Source of the DNA: an uncultured Gammaproteobacteria bacterium
Lineage (GTDB): Bacteria; Patescibacteriota; Microgenomatia; Curtissbacterales; GWA2-41-24
Length of the DNA stretch: 35,708 bases
Assembly: GCA_964348615.1 (NCBI GenBank)
Contig: CAYGDE010000003.1
Span: 1 to 35,708 of the forward strand
Direction: 5' to 3'
Every line of letters starts with the position of its first letter. Positions within the stretch are counted from its first letter, which is position 1. Positions 26,865 through 35,693 of this stretch are shown here, one piece after another. The translations under genes were made by a program, and so were the position numbers. Below the pieces are notes generated by a model that saw only the letters and a program-made list of their open reading frames with translations, did no database searches and was not told the origin of the DNA.

Positions 26865-27554
26865 TTATTTGCGAAGGTATTTTGTAAGAAGAACCATAAT
26901 TAGGGTTTTGGCCGGAAGGCTAGTTTTGCCGCTTTTTATTAAGGAATCTATTTTTAAGGAAGCACTAAATGTGGCAAGAAGTCTTGCTTTTTCGAATCTT
27001 GAACTTTGGCTTTGTAGTTTTTGCCACTGCCAGGGAGCAATTTGCCTTTTGGTAATTTGAGACGCAGATTGCATTGGTATTTCTAATTTAGAAAGTAAAA
27101 GTAGAAAAAAGCGGTTTTGAATTTGCCAAATCAAGCCTTCTTGCGCTTGTAGTTTAGGCAAAAGCGAAAATGCCAGTTTAGAGCCTGGAGTAAGACTGTC
27201 CAAAAATGCAAAAAGCTCTGTAGGCTTTTTAAAAAGCTCAACTTTGGCTATTTTTTGCAGTTTGGCTACTTTTGCTGGTGTCAATGCTTTGTTTTCCCAA
27301 AATATAACTTCTGAATCTTTTGGAACTTGAGCAAAAAGATTGTCTGGTAATTTTTTGAGTGGTGAGAGAAAATTTTCAACTACAATTACTTTGGCAGTGT
27401 CTAACAAATCTTGAGTAAGAAAAGCTTGGATGATTTGTTCTGGGCTGATTTTTGCACCTAAGCGAATTTTTGTTGACTCTTTTTGTGAATCTAAAAGATT
27501 GGACAATTTTGCGTAGGAGCTTTCGATGTCATCGCCGTGCAAAACAGTGATCAT
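26865..27554 (-). CDS. Short DNA polymerase III delta subunit (HolA)-like protein
   Basis: 229 aa. VLHGDD N-terminus and later ELFAFLDSL..G.KLAFSLL and KIDSLIKSGK resemble HolA domain motifs. It is shorter than typical (about 330 aa). 4-nt overlap with xseB. Confidence 0.45.
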   Translation of the reverse strand: MITVLHGDDIESSYAKLSNLLDSQKESTKIRLGAKISPEQIIQAFLTQDLLDTAKVIVVENFLSPLKKLPDNLFAQVPKDSEVIFWENKALTPAKVAKLQKIAKVELFKKPTELFAFLDSLTPGSKLAFSLLPKLQAQEGLIWQIQNRFFLLLLSKLEIPMQSASQITKRQIAPWQWQKLQSQSSRFEKARLLATFSASLKIDSLIKSGKTSLPAKTLIMVLLTKYLRK

Positions 27555-27754
27555 TCGTCTTCTTTTAAGATCGTTGAGATTTTTTGATTAGCTTCGGTTA
27601 ATTTTTCTTTACAAATCTTGTGAAGCTTCACACCTTCTTCCAGAAGTTTTAGGCCATCTTCCAGATCTAAATCAGGGTCTTCCAGTTTTTCGACAATCTC
27701 TTCTAGCCTTTTTAAGGAATGGGTGAATGAAAATTCAGTCGAATTTTTTGTCAT
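27551..27754 (-). CDS. xseB: Exodeoxyribonuclease VII small subunit
   Basis: 67 aa. FSFTHSLKRLEEIVEKLEDPDLDLEDGLKLLEEGVKLHKICKEKL is the XseB pattern. Confidence 0.85.
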   Translation of the reverse strand: MTKNSTEFSFTHSLKRLEEIVEKLEDPDLDLEDGLKLLEEGVKLHKICKEKLTEANQKISTILKEDE

Positions 27755-29006
27755 ATTTTTCGGTTATTTTTGATTTTACCTTGCCGTCTTTGAATTGTAC
27801 TCCAATTTTTTGACCAACGACAAGGGTTTTTACGCTTTTTATAATCTTTCCATTTTCCCCGGTTGTAATTGAATAGCCGCGGGAAAGCGTATTTTCTGGC
27901 GAAAGCAGCCTGAGTGATTTATTTGCAGATTCTAGTTTTTGTTTTTGATTTAGAAGTTGCAGCTGTAGTTCTTTTTGAATTTCAGAAATAAGCCTATCTA
28001 CTTTTTCGGAGGCATCTGAAATAAGAAGTTTTTCCTGGCGTTTTAAACTTTCTTTTGCCAGAAGTAATTTATTGGGCAAATCCTTAAATGTATTTTTTGT
28101 CTGCTGAAGCATAAGATGCAGATGGTCAAGTTTTTGGAAGTTAGTTGTAAAGTAATAGGCCGATTTGGAACTTAGACGATACTTTATGGCATCTAAGTTT
28201 GAGAGAAATAAGCTGTATCCGGCAGTTACAATGTTTGCTGCATCCGTGGGTGTTGATGCTCGAACGTCTGCAGTCCATTCGGCCAACGATTCATTGGCTT
28301 CGTGACCGATTGCAACAACTGTTGGAGTTTGCATTTCGAAAATCGCCCTGGCGATTTGTTCGTCGTTAAAAGCGGCTAAATCTTCTAGGGACCCTCCTCC
28401 ACGGGTAATCACAATCACATCAAAGTTTTGTTCATCAACTGCAGCGAGCGCCTTGAGAATACTATTGATTGACTTTGGGCCCTGAACACGCACGTCGGCT
28501 GTTGTTAATTCGATTATGGGGAATTTGTCTATCGTATGCCGCCTGAAGTCATTCCATGCGTCCGAGCCTTGGGAGGTAACTATACAAACACGTTTTGGAT
28601 ATTTTGGAATTTCCTTTTTGTATTTTTTGTCAAATAGCCCTTCGGCCCTTAACTTTTTAATAAGTTCTTCAAGTTCCTTTTGCAGCGCACCCTCACCATA
28701 TTCTTCAATTCTGACTATTCTAAACTGGTATTTTCCCCATGGTTCATAGAGCGTGAGATTACCATAGGCCATAATTCTTTTACCTTCAATATTTGCATCA
28801 AAACCAGCCATTGCTTGGCCATCGGCGACGCAAGGAAGCACGGATTTTTCGTCTTTGATTTTTAAATAATAAAAACTAAAACTTGGGTGCTTCTTAAATT
28901 CACTAACTTCTCCTTCAACCCAAAAGATTAATTGCTCCAAAGTTTCTTTGGAGATGTGATTTACTTCACTTACTGTAAATATTTCTTTTCCGTCTATTTG
29001 CTTCAT
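27735..29006 (-). CDS. xseA: Exodeoxyribonuclease VII large subunit
   Basis: FTVSEVNHISKETLEQLIFWVEGEVSEF (OB-fold N-terminus), ITRGGGSLEDLAAFNDE, and a C-terminal coiled coil. 20-nt overlap with xseB. Confidence 0.9.
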   Translation of the reverse strand: MKQIDGKEIFTVSEVNHISKETLEQLIFWVEGEVSEFKKHPSFSFYYLKIKDEKSVLPCVADGQAMAGFDANIEGKRIMAYGNLTLYEPWGKYQFRIVRIEEYGEGALQKELEELIKKLRAEGLFDKKYKKEIPKYPKRVCIVTSQGSDAWNDFRRHTIDKFPIIELTTADVRVQGPKSINSILKALAAVDEQNFDVIVITRGGGSLEDLAAFNDEQIARAIFEMQTPTVVAIGHEANESLAEWTADVRASTPTDAANIVTAGYSLFLSNLDAIKYRLSSKSAYYFTTNFQKLDHLHLMLQQTKNTFKDLPNKLLLAKESLKRQEKLLISDASEKVDRLISEIQKELQLQLLNQKQKLESANKSLRLLSPENTLSRGYSITTGENGKIIKSVKTLVVGQKIGVQFKDGKVKSKITEKYDKKFD

Positions 29007-29034
29007 TGATATATTTTGATGCTTTTTATCTCAG

Positions 29035-29063
29035 TTGACATGATGGTTTACACGCTATATATT
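29035..29063 (+). promoter_or_regulatory. Orphan consensus promoter TTGACA-17 nt-TATATT with no downstream ORF
   Basis: -35 at 29035-29040 and -10 at 29058-29063. It points away from xseA and into the 135-nt spacer. Confidence 0.5.
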
Positions 29064-29069
29064 TGTCGT

Positions 29070-29127
29070 TGCTTATCGCAAGATGAGCAAACTGGAAAGG
29101 GCTTCTCGCAAGAGAGGCCTTTTTCTC
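29070..29127 (+). ncRNA. Candidate ~57-nt small RNA: two GCAA-tetraloop hairpins, the second an intrinsic terminator
   Basis: Hairpin 1 is GCTTATC-GCAA-GATGAGC (29071-29088). Hairpin 2 is GGCTTCTC-GCAA-GAGAGGCC (29100-29119), followed by TTTTTCTCG. Each stem has one T-G pair, which is a valid G-U wobble only in the plus-strand RNA. Confidence 0.4.
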
Positions 29128-29141
29128 GTATTTCTCCTATT

Positions 29142-29813
29142 TTAAAAGTATTTTGTTGAATTTGCTATTTGGTCAAGAACGTTTTTGGCATCTTGGGTGT
29201 TTTCCTTCTCGTCAAGCTGCTGATAGGTAATTGCAAGTGGTGTTTTTTCATCGAATATTAAATATGCGGTTTCCACAAAACCCCGTTTTTTACCATCTGC
29301 GCCAGTTGATGTTAATTCTATTTTTTTAATTGGCCTTCCGTCTATTTGTAAATCCTGGCTTGAAATTACGTTGTGCAAATCGTTTGGGTTTTCCCAAAAA
29401 CTTAATGTTGTTTGCCAATCCGCGGGGTTTATAATTTCAACTTTTATGGGAATTGCGAAGCTTGAAGTTTCGTATGGCACAGCAAAAGAATAAGGGGCAA
29501 AAAAAGTGCATTTTTGGTCTTCTGTATTGTAGGTTGTGAACCAATCTTTTGGATATGAGAATTGAAAACTGTAAACCGTATTCGCGCAGAGTTTTACGTA
29601 TGAGGGAGTAATGGTTGCAACTTGAGTATCTGCGTATGGCACTGGAGAATTAATTGGGCTTTGGGGAAGGTCTTGGGTTTTATCGCCTTTTACCTTTAAA
29701 TTGTTTACAAGACTAGAATTTTTACCCAAAAGGTAAAAACCTAGTCCGTAAACTACGAAAAAAATAATCACTGACGTCAATTTAATGTTTTGTTTAAACT
29801 TGGCAAGAGTCAA
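29142..29813 (-). CDS. Hypothetical N-terminally membrane-anchored extracytoplasmic protein
   Basis: 223 aa. TTG start preceded by AAGGGA, and a single N-terminal TM. No known motif. Confidence 0.55.
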   Translation of the reverse strand: MTLAKFKQNIKLTSVIIFFVVYGLGFYLLGKNSSLVNNLKVKGDKTQDLPQSPINSPVPYADTQVATITPSYVKLCANTVYSFQFSYPKDWFTTYNTEDQKCTFFAPYSFAVPYETSSFAIPIKVEIINPADWQTTLSFWENPNDLHNVISSQDLQIDGRPIKKIELTSTGADGKKRGFVETAYLIFDEKTPLAITYQQLDEKENTQDAKNVLDQIANSTKYF

Positions 29814-29885
29814 TTTTTAATCCCTTTAAAGTAGCATAGGGATAAAGACTGTCTCATGTCAATTAGTTTGCGTGATTATTCCCTA

Positions 29886-30128
29886 CTATGCAGTTGGTTC
29901 TTCTGCGGGTGTTTCTGTGGGTGTTTCTTCTGGAGTAGGCATGCTATCTCCTGAATCTCCTGCAGGGGTGTCCATAGGAGCACCACCTCCCATACCTGAA
30001 TCGTCTGCTGGAGTGTCCATAGGAGCACCACCTCCCATACCTGAATCGTCCTGAGGAGTTGAACCTCCGTTTGAGTCATCAGCTGGCGGCATTGAGCCAC
30101 CGTTTGTGTCGTTTTGATCTGGATCCAT
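29886..30128 (-). CDS. Small acidic low-complexity protein with DDSGMGGGAPMDTPA tandem repeats
   Basis: 80 aa. AGGAGG (30144-30139) lies 10 nt upstream of ATG 30128. The composition is D/G/P/T/M-rich, with no TM or signal peptide. Confidence 0.6.
   Translation of the reverse strand: MDPDQNDTNGGSMPPADDSNGGSTPQDDSGMGGGAPMDTPADDSGMGGGAPMDTPAGDSGDSMPTPEETPTETPAEEPTA
29950..30057. repeat. About 2.4 copies of a 45-bp tandem repeat inside the small acidic protein gene
   Basis: GTGTCCATAGGAGCACCACCTCCCATACCTGAATCGTC is identical at 29968-30005 and 30013-30050. A diverged partial copy lies upstream. Confidence 0.85.
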
Positions 30129-30173
30129 AATTATTTCGCCTCCTTTCTATAAAAATTGATTAAACAAATTTTA

Positions 30174-31238
30174 TCAAATGATAGTGGGTAGTTGTAAAGC
30201 ACTAAAAGTAGGTAGTTTATCCATAATGGATTTTAAGTAGTATTGTGGCGGCTCAACTTTTGGGGTTTTTTCAAAAGAATTTTTCAAAACAACCTGTATT
30301 GCATTCCCCTGCAGTTCAATTGGGGCAAGCCTGTTTAGATTGTGTTGTACATCTACCAATTTGAGTTTTTGGGCAAGGATATTTTGTTCATTTTTTAAAT
30401 TTTCATTTTTGGCATTCGTTAACAGTTGGTAAGCTTTTTCGATTTGCGCAGCGTTGTCTTGGTTTTTGTCGTCTGGTTGGGAAAGAGTATTTATAATGTC
30501 GTCTGAAAGCTTCACCAAAAGAGCTAGGTAGTCTATTTGCGCCTTGTAGTAATCACTTAGTATAGGTGCGGGCGAGAGTTTAGAAAGGGATGCAAGTGAA
30601 ATATTGGCTTCGTCTTTAACATTTTTGTAATAGTTTGTAATTTCAACCTTGTCTTGTTTTTGCCAAAGCAGGTCTTCGGTTAAATGGGGTAAGTAGAATT
30701 TGGGCCCAGAGGCCAGAAGCAGCTGTTTTGCAAAAAGTTGGTCTTTGTAAATATCCGAAAGAACCATGGCAGACTGGCTGTAGAAACTATCTACTTGGTT
30801 GGCAAGTTCTACAAGGTCGCTTGGGATATTTTGTCCTTCAAGGCTTGATTTTTTAGACTGTAAGTTTTGGCTGGTAGCCTCTATTTTAGAAAGAATTCGC
30901 TCAACATCGTCTAGAGACACATAAAAACCTCCGGTTGCTGCCGATGCGGATGATTCTTTAAGACTGTCTACTACTTCTATTTTGTCGCCTGCCACTTTAA
31001 AAGATACTAAGATATCGTTTACCGAATTTATTGCACCGGAAAAATCACTGCTTACGGATTCTAAATATTGGTATTTGGCAACAAGTGGCGCTTCTTTATG
31101 AAACTTGTAGACAGCTGCTGCAAAAATACCAGTAGTTATGAAAATACCAATGAACAGCAATATGGCTATTTTTGAAATTAAAGTGGATTTGGGCTTTTGG
31201 TGAATGTAATCCAAATAATGCCTGTATGATGGTCCCAT
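30174..31238 (-). CDS. Hypothetical N-terminally membrane-anchored, largely alpha-helical extracytoplasmic protein
   Basis: 354 aa with one TM (IAILLFIGIFITTGIFAAAV). No known motif. It is the first gene of a three-gene minus-strand unit. Confidence 0.6.
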   Translation of the reverse strand: MGPSYRHYLDYIHQKPKSTLISKIAILLFIGIFITTGIFAAAVYKFHKEAPLVAKYQYLESVSSDFSGAINSVNDILVSFKVAGDKIEVVDSLKESSASAATGGFYVSLDDVERILSKIEATSQNLQSKKSSLEGQNIPSDLVELANQVDSFYSQSAMVLSDIYKDQLFAKQLLLASGPKFYLPHLTEDLLWQKQDKVEITNYYKNVKDEANISLASLSKLSPAPILSDYYKAQIDYLALLVKLSDDIINTLSQPDDKNQDNAAQIEKAYQLLTNAKNENLKNEQNILAQKLKLVDVQHNLNRLAPIELQGNAIQVVLKNSFEKTPKVEPPQYYLKSIMDKLPTFSALQLPTII

Positions 31239-31350
31239 CTTTGATTTTTGTATATTAATTTAATGTAACATCTTCTCCAATATTAATCCAAAACTCCTTG
31301 TTGATTTTCGGTTTTTATTCGGATAGCATGAGAGAAGAAATGCTTGAGAC

Positions 31351-32610
31351 ATGCAAGGCGCTACTCGGACTATCATCCATGCCGATTTAAATAGCTTTTT
31401 TGCCATGGCAGAGCAACAAACTAATCCTCGCTTGCGCGGAAAGCCTATTGGTATTATTAAGGCAAAAGGCAGGGCTTGCATAATTGCAGCTTCGGTTGAA
31501 GCAAAGAAGCAAGGAGTTGTAACCGGAACAAATGTGTTTGAGGCTAAAAAACTTTGTCCACAAATAATTTTAATTCCTGCGAATTTTTCAAAATATGAAG
31601 ACTTTAGCTTGCAATTTATTAATATCTGCAAAAGGTATTCTTACCTTTGTGAAGTATTTTCTCTGGACGAGTGCTTCATAGATGTTACCGAAACAGAAAA
31701 ATTCTTTGGGGGAGTTTTAACGCTTGCCTATGATATTAAAAAAAGACTTTCTGCAGTGGGCGATTATATGACTTGCTCTGTGGGAATTTCACACAACAGA
31801 CTCCTTGCCAAACTTGCTTCTGAACAAATTAAGCCAGACGGGTTATTTTTAATAACAGAAGCCAATGTTTTTTCGGTTTTGGATAAATCCCAATTAACTG
31901 ATGTGTGCGGATTGGGATGGGCACTTGAAAAACGCCTATTGGCACTGGGAATTGATAGTTTCCCAAAGCTTAGGGGCAAAAGCATGGAATTCTTACATGC
32001 GCATTTTGGACCTGTGTGGTCGGTGCATCTTTATAACCTCTGCAGAGGTATAGACCCGACACCAGTTTGTGACGTGTCTAGTCTTGCCGATGCAAAAAGT
32101 GTGGGGCGAACTTATACTACCCACCGCAACTTATATAAGCCGGACGAAGTTTTCCGGCTTGTTAGAAATTTGTGTGAAGAAACTGCCGCAAAGGCTAGGC
32201 AAATGCACCTTTCGGGAAGGTATGTTGGCTTTGTGCTTAGAGGACAGGATATGTTTTATGGCCATAGGACTTTAAAAAATTATATAAACGACGGAAAAAA
32301 ACTTTTTGACATTTGTGTGGCCATTTCTAAAAACTGGAATTTTTGCAACGCTAAAGATTCTTATGTACGCTTTTGCGGCATAACATTGGGTATGCTTGCT
32401 CCAGTAAAATATAATCCTACTCCCCTTTTCCCTTGGGACATAAAAAGAAATAACCTGGTTTCATCTTTGGATAGAATTAATGGAAAATATGGCGATTATA
32501 CTGTTTTCCCTGCGCAACTTTTGGGGATGCAAATAATAAGACCAGAGGTGAATGGCTATTTTGGAGACAAAGTTTATCGCCTTAAGAAACTTCAAAATAC
32601 TAATATTTGA
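31351..32610 (+). CDS. dinB: Y-family DNA polymerase IV (DinB-like)
   Basis: IIHADLNSFFAMAEQQTNPRLRGKPIGI, SLDECFIDVT, SVGISHNRLLAKLAS motifs. Confidence 0.9.
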   Translation: MQGATRTIIHADLNSFFAMAEQQTNPRLRGKPIGIIKAKGRACIIAASVEAKKQGVVTGTNVFEAKKLCPQIILIPANFSKYEDFSLQFINICKRYSYLCEVFSLDECFIDVTETEKFFGGVLTLAYDIKKRLSAVGDYMTCSVGISHNRLLAKLASEQIKPDGLFLITEANVFSVLDKSQLTDVCGLGWALEKRLLALGIDSFPKLRGKSMEFLHAHFGPVWSVHLYNLCRGIDPTPVCDVSSLADAKSVGRTYTTHRNLYKPDEVFRLVRNLCEETAAKARQMHLSGRYVGFVLRGQDMFYGHRTLKNYINDGKKLFDICVAISKNWNFCNAKDSYVRFCGITLGMLAPVKYNPTPLFPWDIKRNNLVSSLDRINGKYGDYTVFPAQLLGMQIIRPEVNGYFGDKVYRLKKLQNTNI

Positions 32611-32690
32611 CACCCAATAGAAATTGAGCGATATTTAAGACGTAATGAAATTTTCACACAAAAGATGTATAATTATCCTATAGTTTAAAT

Positions 32691-34025
32691 ATGGTCAGTC
32701 TTGAGGCAAGGGCAAGTATTTACTCCTCTGCCCAAAGAGATACCCAAGCCGCTATTGGCGAAGAGGGATGGAGGGCCTCGGGCAACGACCAGGACTTCGG
32801 AAATTTCTTCTCCAGAGATTCAGCAATTTGTGGTCTTTTTAGACTGCATCGTGTACACAATTACTTAAAACAAACCGATATAAATTCGTCTGGGCCTGAC
32901 TTTTTGGACCATCCGGACTTTAAGCCAGTAAGAGACAGCTTAAGGACTATGGCCCGTTACCAAGGAACTACGGTTGATCTTTCGCGTGATGAACGAAGGG
33001 GTAAGATACCTCATGAGCTGCGTTTTTGGGATACCGATAAAAATATTTCGAGGTTGCAGCAATTAGCAAATTCAAGGTGGCCCGTGGATGAAAATGGACT
33101 GAGATATTATGGCGCAGTTGACCCTACTATGCTTTTTGTAAAAGATGTATGCGAATATTATTTGGTTTCAAGCGATCTTGCGTTTTTCATGGAGTTGGAA
33201 CCTAATTTAGATTCTGCTCTTAGTTGGATAAAGAAAGATGGCGATTCTTATGGTGATGGTTATATAAGGTACTCTGCAGATAATAGGTTCGCGCTTTTAA
33301 ACCAAGGATGGAAAGATTCTTTGGATTCCATCGAAGTTTTAAAAAACGAGAGACCGCGTGAACCTATCGCCTTAGTTGAGGTTCAGGGTTACACTTATAT
33401 GGCTTATCTTTCGGCGGCAGAAGCTTATAGGAAAAGGGGTTCTGTTGGGGATGTTGAAAAGGCAAAGGAATTGTATCAAAGGGCAGGGGCGCTTAAGGTT
33501 GCTTTTAATCGGGATTTTTGGGCGGAGAGTAAAGGTTTTTTTGCTTATGCTTTGGATGGGAACAATCATCAGGTAAATGAAATCACTTCTAACGCTGGCC
33601 ATCTGTTGATGAGTGGTATTGTGGATGATGACAAATTGCCACAAGTTGTTTCTAGGCTTTTGGAGTCAGATATGTTCACAAATGGTGGGATAAGGACGCT
33701 GAGCAGCAACTCCGAGTTTTTTACCCAAGAACACCCCGCGGGTTATCATAGAGGAACAATATGGACACACGATAATGCTCTGATTTATCTGGGATTACTA
33801 TCTTCCGGTTTTTTGAAAGAAGCAATTTTGGTGAGGGATACTATTATGGAAGCTCAACTTGTGCTGTGCGAAAAGTATGGTGTTATTAACGCCGAACTTC
33901 ATTGTTGTGATGAAAATGGCAATGTAATTCCTTACGTACAAGCCCAGCGGCCTCAAACGTGGGTGGGAGAAGCAAATCTTATGATGCTTGATGAGTTGGA
34001 AATGCAACGATTAGATTCCGTTTAG
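32691..34025 (+). CDS. Amylo-alpha-1,6-glucosidase / glycogen-debranching-enzyme C-terminal-type (six-hairpin) glycosidase
   Basis: GNFFSRDSAICGL, LLNQGWKDSLDS, VEVQGYTYMAY, NAGHLLMSGIV, GGIRTLS, YHRGTIWTHDN. Confidence 0.8.
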   Translation: MVSLEARASIYSSAQRDTQAAIGEEGWRASGNDQDFGNFFSRDSAICGLFRLHRVHNYLKQTDINSSGPDFLDHPDFKPVRDSLRTMARYQGTTVDLSRDERRGKIPHELRFWDTDKNISRLQQLANSRWPVDENGLRYYGAVDPTMLFVKDVCEYYLVSSDLAFFMELEPNLDSALSWIKKDGDSYGDGYIRYSADNRFALLNQGWKDSLDSIEVLKNERPREPIALVEVQGYTYMAYLSAAEAYRKRGSVGDVEKAKELYQRAGALKVAFNRDFWAESKGFFAYALDGNNHQVNEITSNAGHLLMSGIVDDDKLPQVVSRLLESDMFTNGGIRTLSSNSEFFTQEHPAGYHRGTIWTHDNALIYLGLLSSGFLKEAILVRDTIMEAQLVLCEKYGVINAELHCCDENGNVIPYVQAQRPQTWVGEANLMMLDELEMQRLDSV

Positions 34026-34978
34026 TTTGTAAATACTTGCACAAAAACCTTTCCGTATATGCCAGCATCAACTACGCCAATGCCAACTTTTCTAAATGCC
34101 GGGTCTAAAATATTTCTTTTGTGCCCGGGACTGTTCATAAGGCCTGCATGGGCTGTTGATACGTTGGGGGCAAAAGCCAGGTTTTCACCTGCTGTCGCAT
34201 AGGAAACATTTGATTCTGATAACCTATCACCAACGTCTTTTCCCTCTGGGGAATAATGGCAGAAATAGTTCCTATTTATCATGTCTTTGGAATAGTCCCT
34301 GGCAATTTGTCTAATATTATCTTCTTGCACAAGCGGCGAACTACCTACCTTTGCCCTCTCTTTGTTTAGGGCCTCCAACATTACAGTTTCGCTAGTTTTG
34401 TCTGTCGATGTACTAGGTGTCGAAAAGCCTAATTTTTGACATTCTTTTTCTGTGGGCGAAACCGTTAAAAAAGTAAAACTTTTTTTAGTTATCGGGCCAA
34501 AAATATTATTAAAAGGTTTTTCCAGAGTGGTTGCACTGTTTATTAAATGTGGGGCAATTTTGGATTTGAAAATATCACCTTTTTGTTGTGTATTTAAGGG
34601 CAGTGAAATTGCAAAAATTAGCAAAAATGAAGCTAAAAGCAGAGCATTTAGCGAAGAAGGGATAAAACCGAGATATTTATTAACAGGGGTTTGGTGTGTT
34701 TTTTCAAAAATTTTCTTAAAAAAACCAGTGAAAAGCGTAAAAAAGATTGCTTCTGTTGCTATCCAGACCAGCAAAAAACCTATTGGGTCGGCACCGATTC
34801 TTGGAACACTTAGAAGATTTGTTAAAAGCTGCGAAGCAAATGTGTAAAAAGTAAGTGCTGTGACAAGCGAAACCAAAAGCCCAATAATGTCGAAAAGCTG
34901 CACCAAAAAACCACGCTTTTGTCCTTCGACTGCGAAAAATATAACTACACCTATGATTGCTGCATCGACCCAATTCAT
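34022..34978 (-). CDS. CvpA-family membrane domain fused to a C-terminal CAP/SCP (YkwD-like) domain
   Basis: N-terminus MNWVDAAIIGVVIFFAVEGQKRGFLVQLFDIIG (CvpA) with 4 TMs. C-terminus LNKERAKVGSSPL...YSKDMINRNYFCHYSPEG...AGENLA...GLMNSPGHKRNILDPAFRKVGIGV (CAP domain). Confidence 0.8.
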   Translation of the reverse strand: MNWVDAAIIGVVIFFAVEGQKRGFLVQLFDIIGLLVSLVTALTFYTFASQLLTNLLSVPRIGADPIGFLLVWIATEAIFFTLFTGFFKKIFEKTHQTPVNKYLGFIPSSLNALLLASFLLIFAISLPLNTQQKGDIFKSKIAPHLINSATTLEKPFNNIFGPITKKSFTFLTVSPTEKECQKLGFSTPSTSTDKTSETVMLEALNKERAKVGSSPLVQEDNIRQIARDYSKDMINRNYFCHYSPEGKDVGDRLSESNVSYATAGENLAFAPNVSTAHAGLMNSPGHKRNILDPAFRKVGIGVVDAGIYGKVFVQVFTN

Positions 34979-35081
34979 AATTGGGGATATTATATCTGAT
35001 AAACCTCAGAATTTAGAGAAAAAAGTACTTTTGTCTGTGGTTTAACCTTAATTTGATAATACTTAAGTGGAGTAGTAGTAT

Positions 35082-35552
35082 ATGCAGTTGATGTCAAATT
35101 CTCCGGAACGAAGTAATGAAATCGCATCAACTCCTGCTTATAACTCGGACTCGTTAGAAGCGCAAGTTTTAAAGGTCGCTATAGATAAAGGCATTTCCGG
35201 TATATATGCGGTCGAGGGAAATATGTATTTCGACGTTTCGCTTACATTTTCGGGTCAAGAATTTTTGTCTCAAGTACTTTCCCATCAAAATATTGAAGCT
35301 GCAAGAATTCTTACTGAGGCTGAACAAGCTGATAAGCGTGCATCGGACCAAGAAATATATCTTAGGTATACTGCGACTAAATTTGAACGAGTCCATTCAA
35401 AAACACGAGCATTTATAATCCTGCAGGAAGCGATTGCTGCCGAGCATAGGAAAAGGGCTGCTGAATTGCTTGGTTTAGAAAGCGATAATTTGCCACGTGT
35501 CAGATCTTTGGTAGAAGAAATAGTAGATAGCGTCCTTACAGCTTCAAAGTAA
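35082..35552 (+). CDS. Hypothetical protein (156 aa)
   Basis: ORF preceded by GTGGAG. No recognisable motif. Confidence 0.5.
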   Translation: MQLMSNSPERSNEIASTPAYNSDSLEAQVLKVAIDKGISGIYAVEGNMYFDVSLTFSGQEFLSQVLSHQNIEAARILTEAEQADKRASDQEIYLRYTATKFERVHSKTRAFIILQEAIAAEHRKRAAELLGLESDNLPRVRSLVEEIVDSVLTASK

Positions 35553-35574
35553 ATTAAAAAAGCGGATAACCAGG

Positions 35575-35649
35575 TGGTGGCTCCACGGGGAGTCGAACCC
35601 CGCTTTGGACCTTGAAAGGGTCCCGTCCTAACCGATAGACGATGGAGCC
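35575..35649 (-). tRNA. tRNA-Glu (anticodon TTC), CCA encoded
   Basis: GGCTCCA/TGGAGCC acceptor, GTCT-ATCGGTTA-GGAC D arm, GGACC-CTTTCAA-GGTCC anticodon arm, CGGGG-TTCGACT-CCCCG T arm, then A-CCA. Confidence 0.9.
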
Positions 35650-35693
35650 TCATTTACATTCGTTACCTCGTCTGATTCTCGCTTGCGCTCGAA

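Noticed and set aside
29041-29160. 39-aa ORF (ATGATGGTTTAC...TGA) in the xseA upstream spacer as a leader peptide
   Set aside because: It begins immediately after the -35 box, so it lies upstream of the predicted transcription start. It has no RBS and it reads through both hairpins. The sRNA/terminator interpretation explains the sequence better.
29872-30100. Two alternative ORFs (29872-30054 plus; 29876-30100 minus) across the 45-bp tandem repeat
   Set aside because: The repeat keeps several frames open by chance. Only the 29886-30128 minus frame has a start codon preceded by a strong AGGAGG.
31260-31631. 123-aa minus-strand ORF antisense to the 5' end of dinB
   Set aside because: It overlaps the highly conserved Y-family polymerase N-terminus. 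The translation has no recognisable features, and it has no start-site signals.
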